Source of the DNA: Tricharina praecox | Lineage: Eukaryota | Direction: 5' to 3' | Assembly: GCF_024521635.1 (NCBI RefSeq) | Contig: NW_026250435.1 | Coordinates: 248,001-312,000 of the forward strand | Length of the DNA stretch: 64,000 bases | Shown: in pieces, positions 38,275-51,976 of the stretch | Layout: every line of letters begins with the position of its first letter | Position numbering within the stretch: the first letter of the stretch is position 1 | Made by a program: the position numbers and the translations under genes | Notes under the pieces: generated by a model | The model's input: the letters and a program-made list of their open reading frames with translations, nothing else | The model's database searches: none | Told to the model about the DNA's origin: nothing

Positions 38275-38390
38275 GGAACGCCTCTTCGAAAGTTGTTCCC
38301 AGTGCCGGAAGGCGTTCGCAGCTGTTCGCAGATGAGCGGTGCCCGAATTCTTGAGGACGGACGGGCGGACGGACGTAGGCGGGAAGGTCT
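38275..38390 (+). mobile_element. Highly degenerate third LINE 3' remnant
   Basis: Broken frames give ERLFESCSQCRK, QLFADERC and RTDVGG, echoing the CPGWK, FADERC and TEVGR motifs of 17605-17905. Confidence 0.35.
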
Positions 38391-38969
38391 CCTTGGATGA
38401 AGTGGTACATACTACATACAAGAAGAGAGTGAGCCTGGCCTCCGAGGCCAAGCAAGAGAGCTCATGCGGCCTGTGTGTGTGCAGAGGCTGCGGGTATGTA
38501 GGCGGGGCGGCGGAGAAGATGTATATACCAGTAAACTCATTACTTTTGCTTACGGCGAACTGTTAGATCATAGCCGGGCCTCCACCCAGATCTTTCAGCG
38601 CTGCGAGAGATATTCCTTTTTGTCCCGAGTAGTTTGGCAATTAGGTACCCCAAGTTTCGTTCAGCCTGCCGTCGTGTATGGGTACCAGAATACGCCTTTC
38701 TCTCAGATGTGCTTACATTTGCAATGTAAAATTCCAAAACTTCAGTCTGACACTACAGAATACACCACGGAACGAGTGACGACAGATATATCAACACGAT
38801 GACTACCGAAGCCCGAGCACCGTATCACCTCTTTCCCGGGGATACTTATTTCGCAATCGGCCATGAAGCTGTCGTCTACGAAAAACAATGCAATATCCAT
38901 CCTTTTCCTCTCCATTTCCGTCTCGTCCGGTACTATACTAGTAGAGTGAGCTGCGCATCGACGAAACAC

Positions 38970-39881
38970 CTACAACCTCCCCTCCCGTGTCCTCGCCTCG
39001 GCCTCCAGCTCCTCCTCAGCCGCGCGGAAGTACTTGAGCGTGTCGACACCGTGCTATTCCGCCGCACACGCATTAGCCATCTACCCCTTCACCCCACCCC
39101 ACCCCACCAAAGGACAAACTCACCTGGTTATGATTGACAAAGTTGAACCAGGGGATAACATGGAAGAAGATCTGGGAGTATCTCGAGTTTCTGGCAGCCA
39201 CACCCTGCATATACGGGCTGAGGCTTGAGACGCCATAGAGCGGCTCCTTATTCTTGACCTTGTCGACCATCTCGCGCATGTCCATCTCGACCTCGCGCGC
39301 GTTCTCTTCCCAGCCCCAGAAGCGGACTTTGGCTTTCGTCAGCCCACTTATCATGTGAAGGGGTGCGGGGGGGTGGACGTACGAGATGACTTGTTGTAGG
39401 CCCGCAGGAAACCAGCGGTGAGTCCGATGGCGCCCATGAGCCGCATGCTGGAGCGCAAGGCGGCCTGCGACGCCTGCGACGGCGACATGCGCTCCATCAG
39501 CATGAAGCCGGCGGGGCCGGCGGCCGCGGTCACAGCGGCTACGCCGTAGTCGGCCGGACGCATGTACCGGAGTACACGCGTGAAGTGGCTGGGCGGGGAT
39601 GTCAGCTTTGTGCGCCGGAAGGAGGGTGGTGGGCGGGCTCCGCTTCCCCCCCACAGCCAGCCCGAGCGGAGGGGAGGAGGAGGGGGGAGGGGGGAAGGAG
39701 CGCCGCGTGTAGTAGGTGGACTAGACGAGGTGGGCTTACGGGTCCGTATCGATGACCTAGACTCCCGGTTTATTAGCTTCCTCATTGCCGGGTGTGGGGA
39801 GCCGAGCCAGTGGGTGAGGGGAGAAGGTACCGGGAACTCGGTCTCGATGTGCTTGGGCGGGATGATGTCGCGTTCTGCCAT
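38970..39881 (-). CDS. NADH:ubiquinone oxidoreductase 21-kDa (NUXM / Nuo-20.9-like) subunit, 5 exons
   Basis: IETEFP|VIDTDP|HFTRVLRYMRPADY...RFWGWEENAREVEMDMREMVDKVK..PLYG..GVAARNSRYS..PWFNFVNHNQ|HGVDTLKY. Confidence 0.9.
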
Positions 39882-40142
39882 TGTTGCGGGCGGGCGATGT
39901 GTGAACGGCGGGGTGGATAGTGGTGGTGCGGTGTGGTGCGTGCGACGTCGGCGGCGGTGGTGGTGGTGGAGGTTCAATGCCCGCTTTTGGCGATCATGAT
40001 GGTAGCTGCGCGAGTGGGGCGTTGTACCCGGCACTAGGATGTTGCATGGATTGTCACTCGAGAACTGAAAGTCACCGCGAAAAAGGATTTCGAGTGTTAC
40101 GATTCTACACGATGCAGGCAGTTTGTATCATTTCAAAAAACA

Positions 40143-42049
40143 TCAGGCCACTATATGGGCCAGTAACTCCGCCAGCGTCCGCCCGGTATCACTCCCATCC
40201 CAAACCGCCTTCTCATCCCTCCCGCCGGTGCTCCCGCACGTCACGGCCAGCCCTACCGAATCCACCTCTACCCGGACCCTGCTACCTCTCTTCGCGCAAA
40301 CCATTTCGTTTCCCTGAGCCACCTGTTCCCACCTCTTATCCTTGTCTTGACCCTCAGAAAGAAGTCGTACCCAGTTCACCACACTCCGCTCCAAGCACCA
40401 GTAAAGGTAACTCGCCATTTCCTCTGCTGTCGAGAACCGGTTCTCGCCCATCAATCGTGCCGCAACGCCGTCGTGGCTGGTGGTGATCACATATTGAGTT
40501 CCCCATACGGGATGCTGCAGTCTTGTGCGCATGGTGATGCTCAGAACCCACCCGCCGGGGAGGTTGACCGTGGCTTCGGATGCGAGCAAGTGCAGGAACG
40601 TCTCGACGACCGAATCGACGCCCTTGAGCTCGCTGTCAAGGGTATTGGATAGTGGGGACATGGTGTAGGAAGCCGGCGCGAGGCCCGCGGTCCGCGCGAA
40701 CGAACGGAGTTTTGACAGTGTCCGGATGAGATGTTGCTGGTGCTGGCGGTGGTAGAGGTGTGTTGTTACCGGGCGTAGGAGTTGTAGAGGTGCGCGCGAG
40801 GGCTTGCGGTTGGAGAGGGGTGGTGGCGGTTTCGAGCGTGCTTTGAGGGACAGGCGGTGGTTGTAGGAAAGTAGGATTCGCAAGGCGAGGGCAATGGATT
40901 GGGCGAGGGAGTTGGCAGAATTTGAAAGGGGTGGATCGGGAGTGGTGTCATCATCGAGGGGCGCCTGGGAGCATACGAGCGTCAGCCAGAGAGCAAGGCA
41001 GCGCGGACGCACGAAGGAGTGCATACCATATCCAGCACGATCATCTTACCACTGCCGAGTTCAATCATTGCGGATTCTTCACTCGTGCGCATCATGTGTC
41101 CAGCAAAGTTTCGCGCCTCCTTCATGATCTCGAAGAACAATTCATCCTCATAGATGAAATTTCTCGCACGCCGAATCATGTCCTTTACACTACCGTCATT
41201 CTTCCCCGCGCGCTGCGTGCTCACTCCGATCACTTCGCCATTCCTGACCACCTGCACCCGTAGCATCACCCGCCCTCTCGAGCCCGTGTCGATGTCATCC
41301 ATCCGCACACTCCCGTCGTCATTCCTCCGCAGTGCGCCGATACCTTTGTCCTTGTACTCTTTCGCCGCCTCGGCGAAGCCGTATCGCACCGCCAGCACAT
41401 TCCGCTCTCTCGGCATGCGCGTGATCAACCAGCCATCGTTGCGAATCGCCAGCGCGCCCTGCCAATACACCGTCTCCTTCTGGACCTCGGCGCCCAACTT
41501 CTTCGAAGCTCCCAGCAGTGCATCCGCAGCGGAATTGAGTCCATCCACCTTCCACTTCTTCGCCACTTTCATGTCTTCCTCCTGGGCTTTCTTATCGATC
41601 TTCCTCGATATCCGATCGAAACCAAGACACCCAGGCGGTACCGCCGCCTTGAGTGCCGGCGACATGGTGCTCAGTCCGGCTTCGGGCGCATTGAGCGACG
41701 TCACGAGGGAGATGTAATCGAGAGCCAGCAGCGCCTCGTTGTGCGCATGTCCGAGCGCCTCGAGCATTTCGGCACGGGTCTTCTGCAGTGCCTCGATCGC
41801 ATCCTCGCCGGCAGGGGTGGCCGGCTTCTCGGCCGCGTCGTCGCCGTCGCTGCCATCGTCTATGTCCATCTGGTCGCCATTCTGGAGTTGGTCGGCGATC
41901 TCCGACTCGAGCAGAGCTTCGTTGAGGTCCTTGAAGTGGCCGCGCTGCTGTTGGATTCTCGAGATGAGCGTGGAGACGGCGGTCTCCTCGGGGCCTTGTT
42001 CGGGCCAGTTGCAGAGCGAGAGCGAGAGCGAGAGGTCGGTGGCGTCCAT
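40143..42049 (-). CDS. SRB4: Mediator subunit 17 (Srb4), 2 exons (intron about 40967-41025)
   Basis: LISRIQQQRGHFKDLNEALLESEI, AHNEALLALDYISL, VRYGFAEA and IRRARNFIYEDELFFEIMKEAR are typical of fungal Med17. Confidence 0.88.
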
Positions 42050-42779
42050 CGTTGTTGCGATGCGAAAGCGGAATTTCGAGGGCCGGGGTGGCGTGCGAGT
42101 CGATGGTTGTCGTGCTTCCGGTGCCGTCGTGTTGTTGGGGTGCATTCTCAAGGACAGGCGGACGCGATGCTCTAATATGCGGCTACCACTCACAGAGATT
42201 AGCGCATCTTGCCATGTGCACTAAACCTTAACTGGTCTTACGTAAGCTCATCGTGCTTCTCTTTCCCGTCTCACTCGACGTCAATTGTCACAAGTGTGAT
42301 TGCCGAGTAATCCGATATTCACACTGGCCGCCATAGTCAAGTAAAGGCCGCATGGAACAATACATTGATGTTCCCTCTCTCTCCGCTATTCACACTGCAT
42401 TAGGCAGTCTGAGAAGGTTGTTTTTACAAACTCCCATGTGTGAATAGGGACTGAGGATGACATCAGCGGAAGTACGCATTGGCAAAGGTGCATACTTTGT
42501 ACAGATTCGTTTCTTTGCATGTAGTAGGCTTCAACAGTAACGGCCAATGTTTAGGGCAACGGCTGGAGGTGCAGCTGCAAAGACTAGACCCTTCTTCCCT
42601 CGTCATTCACTCGGCCAACCATCCACCCACTCACTCTCCTCTCCTACTCACTCCCCTCCCCCACCCACTCTCCAATCCTCCGCTCACCCACCTCTCACAC
42701 TCCCCCCTTCCTGGCCAGCCCAGCTATTTCCACCAACACCAATCGACCTCCTCCACCGCACACTCAATCCCTCGTCACC

Positions 42780-42986
42780 ATGGGTTGCGGAATTTCGAAG
42801 CCAGCTCCGCGGGAGTACACCACCGTTACCTTCGTTAGTTCGGGCCACCAACACCCACACTACGTCCCATACTCGGCCAGGAGGCGCACCACCCGCATCC
42901 GCCGTACCGTCACCGTTCCCGGCAATGCCGTCGTCACGACCTATCTGAGCGATGGAAGAACCATTACGTGGTACCCGGCCGTTTGA
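42780..42986 (+). CDS. Putative 68-aa microprotein with N-terminal MGCGISK (myristoylation plus palmitoylation motif)
   Basis: Strong start context CACCATGG after a CT-rich leader, C-ending codon bias, and a G/T-rich 3' flank. Confidence 0.55.
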   Translation: MGCGISKPAPREYTTVTFVSSGHQHPHYVPYSARRRTTRIRRTVTVPGNAVVTTYLSDGRTITWYPAV

Positions 42987-44689
42987 CGGGGCTGCAAGGT
43001 TGATCGTAGGGATGGGGGTGAGAGGGTGAGAGGGTGGAAAATGGGGGGACGGTGGAGGGAATTGTGGGTGTTTTTAGCATTGTTTCGATGGAGTTCGTGC
43101 TGGAGATAATGGATACAAAACGGTGTTTCGGGGTACAATGATTGGGAGCTTTCTTTTGCGGATTCTTTGCTATGTGATTGTCGTCCTGGGGGCCTGGCTG
43201 CGAAGGCGAGGTATCTACTATGAATTGTTGTTTGAGATGGAGGAGAACGAAAACCATGTGTACCGTGGCTGTGGACTTTATTGATCTTCAATCATGCATG
43301 GGACGTTGATGCTGGGAACCTAGATAAGTATTCTTCCGAATGTGACCCGTTCTTTCCATTCAGCCGTTCTTTCCACTCAGCTATCCATTCAGCTATCCTG
43401 CCATTCAACCATCCTCCCCACCACAGCGATCGACCTCTCTTCACCTGCGACTTCCATTCTCATTCGACATGTCCGAGTTCCAGCCCTCGGAGTCAATGGC
43501 CATCTCCGTTCAGCCGATCGACCCGTCATAGCGGACATGTGTCCGGCATGCCCATTCTACGTGAACACGTCGATCAGATCCGCCGAACCGAGTGACAGCT
43601 GTGTTGAAGCCGTATCACGACACTCTCGCAGCATATGTAGCATCATGTAGGATGTACGGCAGCACTAAATTAAGACACCGCCCTGGAGGCACTGCGGCAC
43701 CAAGGATCTGCACGTACCTGCAGCATCCCCACACAAACAGCACGAGCTCCGTCAGCGACAGCGGTGATGGCTACACACATGCACACATACTCCCCACTGC
43801 ACCCGTCCGGAATATCCACTGGCCAGACGAGAAGCCAAATCATCATGCCTTCCTACGATGCTACGATGCAAATCAATATCATGCAAGGAACCTCGATAAG
43901 TCTTCACTTTCTTTCCGCTTCCGATATGTATCATCCCCCCCCCCCCCCCCCCCCAAAAAAAAAAAAAGAAAAAAGAAAAAAAAACAATGCTTTATCCCCC
44001 TCCTTCCACGAGAATTCCTGTTTCATAACCATAGCTCTCCTATCATCCCGATCGTTGCTTCAACTCCTACTTAACGGCTACAATAGTCTCGTGTCGTCGT
44101 GTCTTCTCCTTCCTTCCTTCTTTTTTTCTTCGGCATCTCCTACAGTCTGTGACTCGCCCATCGAGACGAGTCGTCTTGTGTCTTGTGTCTTCCGTTGCTT
44201 CACCCATCGAGCTAAGCTACCGTATTCGTTGCGTCTTCCTTTTGCGTCGAAATTCGGAATTGGACGATCCCTGCAAAATCTCCACAGCTTCCAGACGGTC
44301 CAGGGGTCGAGCCCCGACCGACTGAGCGAACTTCACGACAAACGAGCGATTGAATCGCCAATCTCGCACGACGCGCGCCGCAGCAAGAGCACCTCGAAAC
44401 CCTATCTGCAATCCCAAGCCTATCCTTCACGTCAACGAACGAAACTCTCGGTCGCCCCCCGCCAAGGACAGCGCCCGCCTGCCTGCCTGCTCAAACGAAA
44501 CAGAGACAAAGAACGCTCCACTTCCCTTTCCAACCTCCCGGCCCCCGAACAACTACCTCCCCGACCCTCCCTCTCCTTCACGGACCTCACCCACAAGCTC
44601 AGCGACCACAGCCCCTCCCACCAATTCCACCACCCCCCACACACGAAACACCGTCGAATCTCGTCGGTTACACGCTCGCTCGATCGATC

Positions 44690-45250
44690 ATGGGCACCTC
44701 TACAGTGCCGTCGCTGCAGCTCGAGCTCCCCAAATTTGAGAGCCTCACCGCAGGCACCAACCTGCCCCAGGTGGGACCCGAAGACATCGAGGACCCGCCG
44801 CCCGCGCCGCCACCCTCGGCGTCGCCCACGCCCGCCGCCGACAAGCAGCACTTCGAGGACCCCATGTCGCCTCCGCAGTCGCCGGGCGGCCGCCCTATAT
44901 CCATGCGCCGGTTCCTGTCGCGGGTCTCGCTCAACTCGTCGTACACCACCAACACCACCAACACCGCCCACCACAACAACAACAGCCATGGCAGCACCGA
45001 CGCTACCGACAAAGCTTCGATCTTCTCGACACCGACGCTCTCGTCGCCCGAGCCCAAGAAGGCGAAGAAGTCTAGCTGGTGGAAGAAGGCCAGCGGCTCG
45101 TCGAAACGTCATTCCATGATGCCCGCTGCGCCCTCCCACCAGTCCCAGATGAAGGTGCAGGCTATTCCGCCGCCTCCCAGACTGCCGGATGACATGTTTG
45201 GAACCAATATGTCGTCGATGGATGGTGACATGTTCAAGAACTTCAAATAA
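44690..45250 (+). CDS. Hypothetical Pro/Ser-rich disordered protein, 186 aa
   Basis: Coding-like codon bias, long pyrimidine-rich leader, motifs SMRRFLSR, KKSSWWKK and PPPPRLP, and a long U-rich 3' region. Confidence 0.65.
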   Translation: MGTSTVPSLQLELPKFESLTAGTNLPQVGPEDIEDPPPAPPPSASPTPAADKQHFEDPMSPPQSPGGRPISMRRFLSRVSLNSSYTTNTTNTAHHNNNSHGSTDATDKASIFSTPTLSSPEPKKAKKSSWWKKASGSSKRHSMMPAAPSHQSQMKVQAIPPPPRLPDDMFGTNMSSMDGDMFKNFK

Positions 45251-47675
45251 ATGGGGGGTTGCCTCAAGGTGCTCACCGCGCATGGGGGGGGGGGGAGGGA
45301 GGATGGGGCGGAAGGCGGAAAGTTGGGTTGGTAATGGCTGACTATCGAGAAAGGAGGGGAGGAGAAGGGAGGCGTGAATGCATGAGTGCGGCGGTGAGGC
45401 AGTGAGGCAGTGAAGTTGCGAGGGTGGGCCTCTGTAGCATACCTATTTCATTTTACTCTTGGGTGGCTTCGATTCTTTCTTTCTTTGATCTTTTCAATTT
45501 CTCTCCCCCCCTTTCTACCATTACGGGGGCCGTTGGTTGGTATATGGCTGGCATGTTTCGAATTTGTGTGTATACACCGACGAATGCCCGTTGGCAACAT
45601 CAGTCTGAGTACCCTATGTGTGACATCTTTTTTTCCTTATACTCTTTTCTTGGCTTGGTTCTTCTATCATATCATACCTGCTCTGATTCCACTACCCCCC
45701 TCCCCCCTCCATCCCCCTCGGTTCTTGCGGATACCCGTTCGTTGCTTGCACTGCTGCTTAATGGGAATGCAGTCTGTCTTCTCCTTTTGCTCATTTTCTT
45801 CCTTTTCTCCTTTTTCCTTTGTCTCCATGTCTGTTTCCTTGCTTCTTTGTCAATGGGTTGGGTTGGTATTGTCGTTTTTTTTTACCCCGGCCCTACATAT
45901 CATATCATATCTAATGTGGTATGTCTTGTTCTTCTTGTTCTTTCTCCCTTGTACGAGATCCATCTTGTGCGTGCCTGTGTGTGTTGAGTGAAGGGGGTGA
46001 GTGACTATGGATGGATGGATGGATGTCGTTTTAATAGCTCTGAGCTCTGTGTTTTTCCTTATACCCTTCTTACTCTCGAAGTACTCATTTACTCTCGGTT
46101 CTTCCCGCCCACCTTCCCGCCCTCGCTACCTATTACTCCTATCATACCTACAAATACTCTTCTCATATCGATATACTTATATCTTACACCAAAAGTACCT
46201 TTTATGTACTTATTTACCATACTACGTCTTACCTTACCTTACCTTACATTACCTAACCTTACTCTGCTACTTACTTAAGCCTTTCCTTTGTCATTTTGTT
46301 TTTTGCTTTGGAGGGTGTAGGTGGAATTGAATGTTGAAAGTTGTTGTCCGAGTGGACCGGACCGATTTGGTTGGTTGGTGAATGGGGAATCTGATACTCA
46401 ATCCGGCCGCTGAACGTCTTTTGCAAGAGAAGATGAAGAAGAAGTAAAGATCTCATGTGTAAGCTCCGAATAGTAGGTACTCGTCGTGAGTCCCACGAGA
46501 CGTAAATACTAGTTTCTGCGTCGTGCGAGCGGTTTCCAGTGACAGACATGCCTCCACGATAGCACTTGAGCATTTGAGCACTCGAATAGCTACCTGCAGG
46601 TACCGGTAGGTTGGTAACTATGCCTTACAACAGCGTAATCAAAAGCCTCTGCCGCAGACTCCGCATTCGCCTCCGCCACGCAGCTACGCAAGAATGTACC
46701 TCCCTACTTACACGTACATACAGTACACGCCCACGGATCTTCTCCGATGAGAACGAGGGCGAACGAGGGCGGACGACAATCAGGAGCGGCAATCTCGGCA
46801 GGTAGAGTACCTACAATGTACCTGGTATCCGCACGTGAAATCACGTCCTGTCACTCGACCGCCAGTGCGTTCGGTTGAGGATGATGCCGACATCGGGCGC
46901 AGCAACGGCATCGGCACCGGCACCAACTGCGTGCCGAGAGTCCGAGAGTCCGAGACGGGATACCTAATAGGTAGGGTTCTGTGCTTGTGTTGTATGTATG
47001 GACCACACGCAGTTCACCAACGAAATTTTACACAAAGCCAGCCAGCTTCGATCCACAATATCTCTTCCATACATACATCTCAAGTAGGTAGACCACATAA
47101 CACATCTCACCGTACCACCCTCAGGCCCCCCCTTTCCTCAACCTCGCCCTTAAGCAATCGATCGAAACTGTCGTACAATAATAATAAGTAAGTACCAGGT
47201 AAGCACCAGGTAAGTACACAAGGTACTTGACCTTTGGGTCAGCAATGCATCGAACAAACGAACAAACGTGAAACAACAAGATCAATACAAGATCAATACA
47301 AGAACGTAGTAGGCAAGTTGCAAAGTGGTATCCTACTTCATGATCAACGCAATACAACGCAATACTATGCAGTGCAGTCGCACACCCCCACACCCAGTGA
47401 TAATCATAATCCCCTCCCCTCGGAAAAAGATTACAAGACAAGAAGAAAGAAAAAAAATGGTCGAGACACAGAAACCCCCCCAGGGAACGAAGGGGGGAAG
47501 AAAGAAAGATGATGAAGAAGAAGATATAAACTCTTTGATGTGATGAAGAACCCCAAATTTTAAAATGAATGCCCGCTGTGCCCCTCAAAAAGAAAAAGAA
47601 AAAGAAAAAGAATACAGAAGGAAGAAGGAAGAAACGAAAAAGAAGCTCCATCCGGGAGCTAACTGCTACATGACA

Positions 47676-49926
47676 TTACTTCGCCTCTTGAACCCAGATC
47701 TATGCGTTTGCTTGTCAGCCATATTCAAACTGTGGGGAGGGTCGCGATAAACATACCTCGAGCTTTCCAAACTCGGACTTCTCACGCCGGGCCGCCTTCT
47801 TACAAGACGAGATGGCCATGTCTAGGTCCTCCTGATCAGAGACACTGATCATGCCGTCTCCGTCCTCATCGCGGATCTTGCACCGCACGTTGCCCTGGAA
47901 CCCGAACTTCTCCTTCAGCCGTTGGACGAATTCGTTGTACTCGATGCCGGTGGTGATCATGATCATCCGAGTGTCCTCGCCGTGTGCCTTGACTTTGATC
48001 TGCAAATTCCATTCCCATCAGCAACATGACCGATGCGAGGCACGGTGGACCAATACATACCTTTTTCACTTCAATCCGACGTGAAGCCCCGCTGCGCATA
48101 CTCCTGCTATCCAGCATCTCGAACTCGTCCTCGTCAAATGACGAGCCCTCATACGCGTCACTCGCATATTCCTCGTCTTCCTCGTACCGAGAAGAAGGCG
48201 GCGCACGCCGACTGGGACCACGACGAACGCTCCCGAGCCCGCGCCGGCTCGGGGCAACAGACGGTTCCCGAGACTCAGCACCATACAAATCGTAAACGTC
48301 GTCATTGTAGGGATTACTCTGATATTCGTCCGAGTATTGGGATCGATCGCTCCTATCGGCCGGGCGCTGTGGAGGCTCGCCCCTCTGCTGCGATGGCGCA
48401 CGCACGGACCGAGATCTCGCCGACACCGGAGGTTGTGCTGCTCCTCGCACAGAGGAGTATGCCCGGCGGGGCTCCATGATCGGTACGCCGGCATGCACCG
48501 TAGGGCGGCGTGGAGGTGGGCCATATCCAGTGGGATCCAACCTATCGCGCTGATCTCCGCGATTGCGACTTTCATCGCGCGCCTTATCATCTCGCCCCCG
48601 GGTGGATGGGGAACGTCCTCCGCCCATACCTCCCTGCCCACCCATGTTGGCGACGGTATTCGCCCGCATTGGTTTATTCGCCGAGAATTCGTTCTCCGGG
48701 GGTGGCGTTGGTGGGAATGCCTGGCGCTCACCTCGCAGACTGGACGGTGTATCTTTGGGCGCTGGAGCTTCCTCGGCACGTATGCGGGAAGTGAGGTCAG
48801 CCTTGACAAGGTTGCTGGCGGCGAAGGATATCTCCGCCGCGGGGCGGTCGTCGAGCGGGGCGGTTGCGGCCATCTCTTGCTAGGAGGACGTCAGTTCCGG
48901 TTTTCTTCTCCACCTCATCGATACTCCAGGGTGTATTCCAACCTTCTTCACTTCCACACCGGTGAAGCCAGTGAAGGCGTTCTGAGCATCTGATGCAGCC
49001 ACCAACCGAGCCTTGCCCAAGTAATCTTTCGTCTTGACGTTTCGTACTTTCGACTCGTTGGGGCGGTACAATACGCCAACACCAACCGAGAAGACTGTGT
49101 AACCCTAGAGGACCGTTAAACCCCCCCTATTCTCCGGGCAGTTGATCATGGGCGGCGGTTACAAACCTCAGCCTGCTCCTTGATAGCCTCGTCAATAACA
49201 TTATGATCCTCTACTTGCTTCTCCTTTGCCGCGTACTCCATATCTGTCATGCCTAGCGCCAACTCTTCGTTGTAGATGTAGCAAAGACCCCGGTTGAACA
49301 ACACCTCGCACGAATACAGCTTAAACTTCAAGCCCAGCTGCTCGTAGTCAATCAAGGTGTTTCCCCGCAGGTACAGCAATGATTCGTTGAAGTTCGCCAT
49401 TGCCTCCGCGAACTCGCCGAGGAGGAAATTCGACACTCCCATCTGGAAGTAGGCCACGGCAAGGAACGAGTCGAGCTTAACAGCTCTCGCGTAGGATTCG
49501 ACCTGCCGAGAATAGATAATCAGCATCCCGAGGAGCTTGGAACCGCACCGGGGCCACAGCAGAATAAATAAATTAAAAGGATTACTACTCACAGCTCTCT
49601 CGTGCTGGCCGAGAGTGGCATGGATCATGCCAATGTTGAAGTAGATCTTTGAGGTATCCGCATTCTGCTCGAATATCTCGAGAGCATTCTCGTATTGCTC
49701 ATTGTCGTAGTATTCTAGAGCTTCCACCCAGCTTTCGATTTCCTGTAGAACGGATAAACAATATCGAGATTAGCACGTGCTCTGTCTCCCTATCCCCCTC
49801 CTCCCCCTTGATTGCTCCCCCCCGTCTCTCCCCCTCCCCCCGGGTCGCGTGCACGAATTGTGCACTTTCTTTGTTTTCCTCCCCCGAGATCGCTGAGAGA
49901 GTTGAACGCACCTGTTTGAGAGACAT
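47676..49926 (-). CDS. noxR: NADPH oxidase regulator NoxR (p67phox homologue): TPR repeats, activation domain and C-terminal PB1
   Basis: MSLKQ|EIESWVEAL..., LAVAYFQMGVSNFL, LRGNTLIDYEQLGLKFKLYSCEVLFNRGL, YRPNESKVRNVKTKDYLGKARLVAA, and PB1 IKVKAHGEDTR..DEDGDGMISVSDQEDLD. Confidence 0.95.
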
Positions 49927-51976
49927 GGTGATCTCTTAATCCTTCGCTGTTGCCCGAGTGCTGTGCGGCCTCGTGGGGTTGTTCGTGGCTGCTAGTTGGA
50001 GTACTCTGTTGTGAAGGGGACGGCGGAGGCGGAGGCGGGCAAGTCGAGGTTTTGGTCGTACGTTGGTCCGTTCGGTAGTGCGAAAGTGCGAAGGTCGGAA
50101 AGGGAGAAGAGGGGCGTAAAGAAGCACAGGGCGACAACGGCCAAGCCAGCCAGCCAGCGGCTGAGGGGGAAAGAGGCGAAGAGATGCGGACTCGACGGGG
50201 ATGGGTGTGGGGGAGGCAATCTTCGCAGGGCCAGCCAGCGACAAGCAGTAAGAACTATCTCCTCAAGAAGGAAAGAACTCCCAGGGGAGAGTGTTTTCCG
50301 GTCTAAAAATGCGTGAGGACCGTTCCTGCGGATCAACGATGCAGTAGTAGCTGTAGCTGTAGCTGTAGCTGTAGAAGTAGTAGGTGGTATGTAGTAGAAG
50401 TTACAAGGAAGTCGTTGTGTCTATCGATAAGGCGGAAGAGAAGAGAAAATAAAAATTATGGTAAACGACGGTGCAGCGAGACGATAACCCGGCAACCAGT
50501 AACTATACGAAGAGAGAGATGGAGAGAGAGAGAGAATGACGTGACGGGAGTCGTTCAAGCAAACAGACGGAAGGATCGTAAGGTTTCGGTACGCAGGCGC
50601 GAAGCCAGAGGAAGCAGAGAATGTCCGAAGGAGGAGACGGGGTATAACTATGCCACTGGCACACGAGCGAAGTGTTGCTAGGACAGGCGAGTCGGAGGGG
50701 TCGAAACGCTGTTTCGTCTATGATTCCGGATCCGAGATTCTGGTAATGAAGAGGTGGGGGGCGGTTTGCCTTGACGAGGAAGAAGGGAGGAGGAGGCTTG
50801 TATGTATGCTGGGCGTGTATGATGTATGAGAGTGTAGACAGCCTTCTAAGATGAAGCACCGAGGCGAGGAAGGGGGGAGGTTTTGGGGGACAGGGAGGAA
50901 GATCTAGTAGGGAGAGGAAAAGGGCGAGAGATGGAGGAGGAGGAGGAGGAGGGAGACCGGGTGGGAAAGGATGGCAGCTATGTTGCTTCTGGACGTTCTT
51001 CACTTGGGACCATCTGCAGTCAATTTTACTCCACTCTGGGGCAGATATTGTTCTCCACGTCTGCCGCCCAGAGATACGGCCTGCCCGTTTGGCGACTATC
51101 GTCGTTTTCTGGGTGGTCGACTATCTGTGTTGCTACTATTTACAGTGGGGTGTTGTGTGGGGTCCTCAACGAAGTGCGAGTTTGGTGCGAGTTTATACGG
51201 CCAAACGATTTTTATGGTGGAGGCCCGGCGCCTACATGCAGGCCCGTGGACGCGGGACCCCTCCGATCGGATGCAACTGCATGCCACAGTGATGCATCAC
51301 CAGTCCACATGGATGGATGGATGGATGGACGGATGGCTTAACCCCGCATCTCCAGCAGGATGGAGATGGCGAGAGAAAAGTCGTGGAGAGTTGCACACGG
51401 AAGGGCTGGGGATTGTGGTCTATCTATAAGCCCGTGCGACTCTGCGACGGACGAGCACTGAGCAGACTGGCGGGACAATAGTGACGGTTGGCAGTGGGAC
51501 GGCACGGCTGCGGGAGACGTCGTCTCAGCAAAGCCCCGAAACTGTTTGAGTGCACCTGAAACCAACCTCCAGCACTCGGCGTCTAGCATGCGCCGGGCAT
51601 CCCCCTTGGCGCTAGGAAAAGCCATTCGAGCCTCGACAGCCATTCACAATTCCACAGTGCACACTGCACACTCCTTAACCAGGGAAGGAGTCGAGGCGAG
51701 AAAAGCACTTTGCAGATGCCACGCCAAAAGATGCTTGCTGATCTGTATAGTAATTCCATCTTCTCTGCGTCGACTCGCCGAGACCGAATTCAAGTCTTAC
51801 AGGCCACGGATGTCACAACACCGTTTTATACACTTCCATCTGGTTTCCAAGACAACTTACCTACTCGCACCGTACTCTACAGGCACTCACCCCCGCCGAT
51901 GCCCAACTTCCGCTATTGTACTTACTACTGGCAGCTACGCCGTCAAATGGATGGCTCCACAAATCGCACGGCATCG

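Noticed and set aside
43764..45119. 451-aa plus-strand ORF
   Set aside because: Runs through homopolymers and low-complexity leader, and overlaps the better-supported 44690-45250 ORF in another frame.
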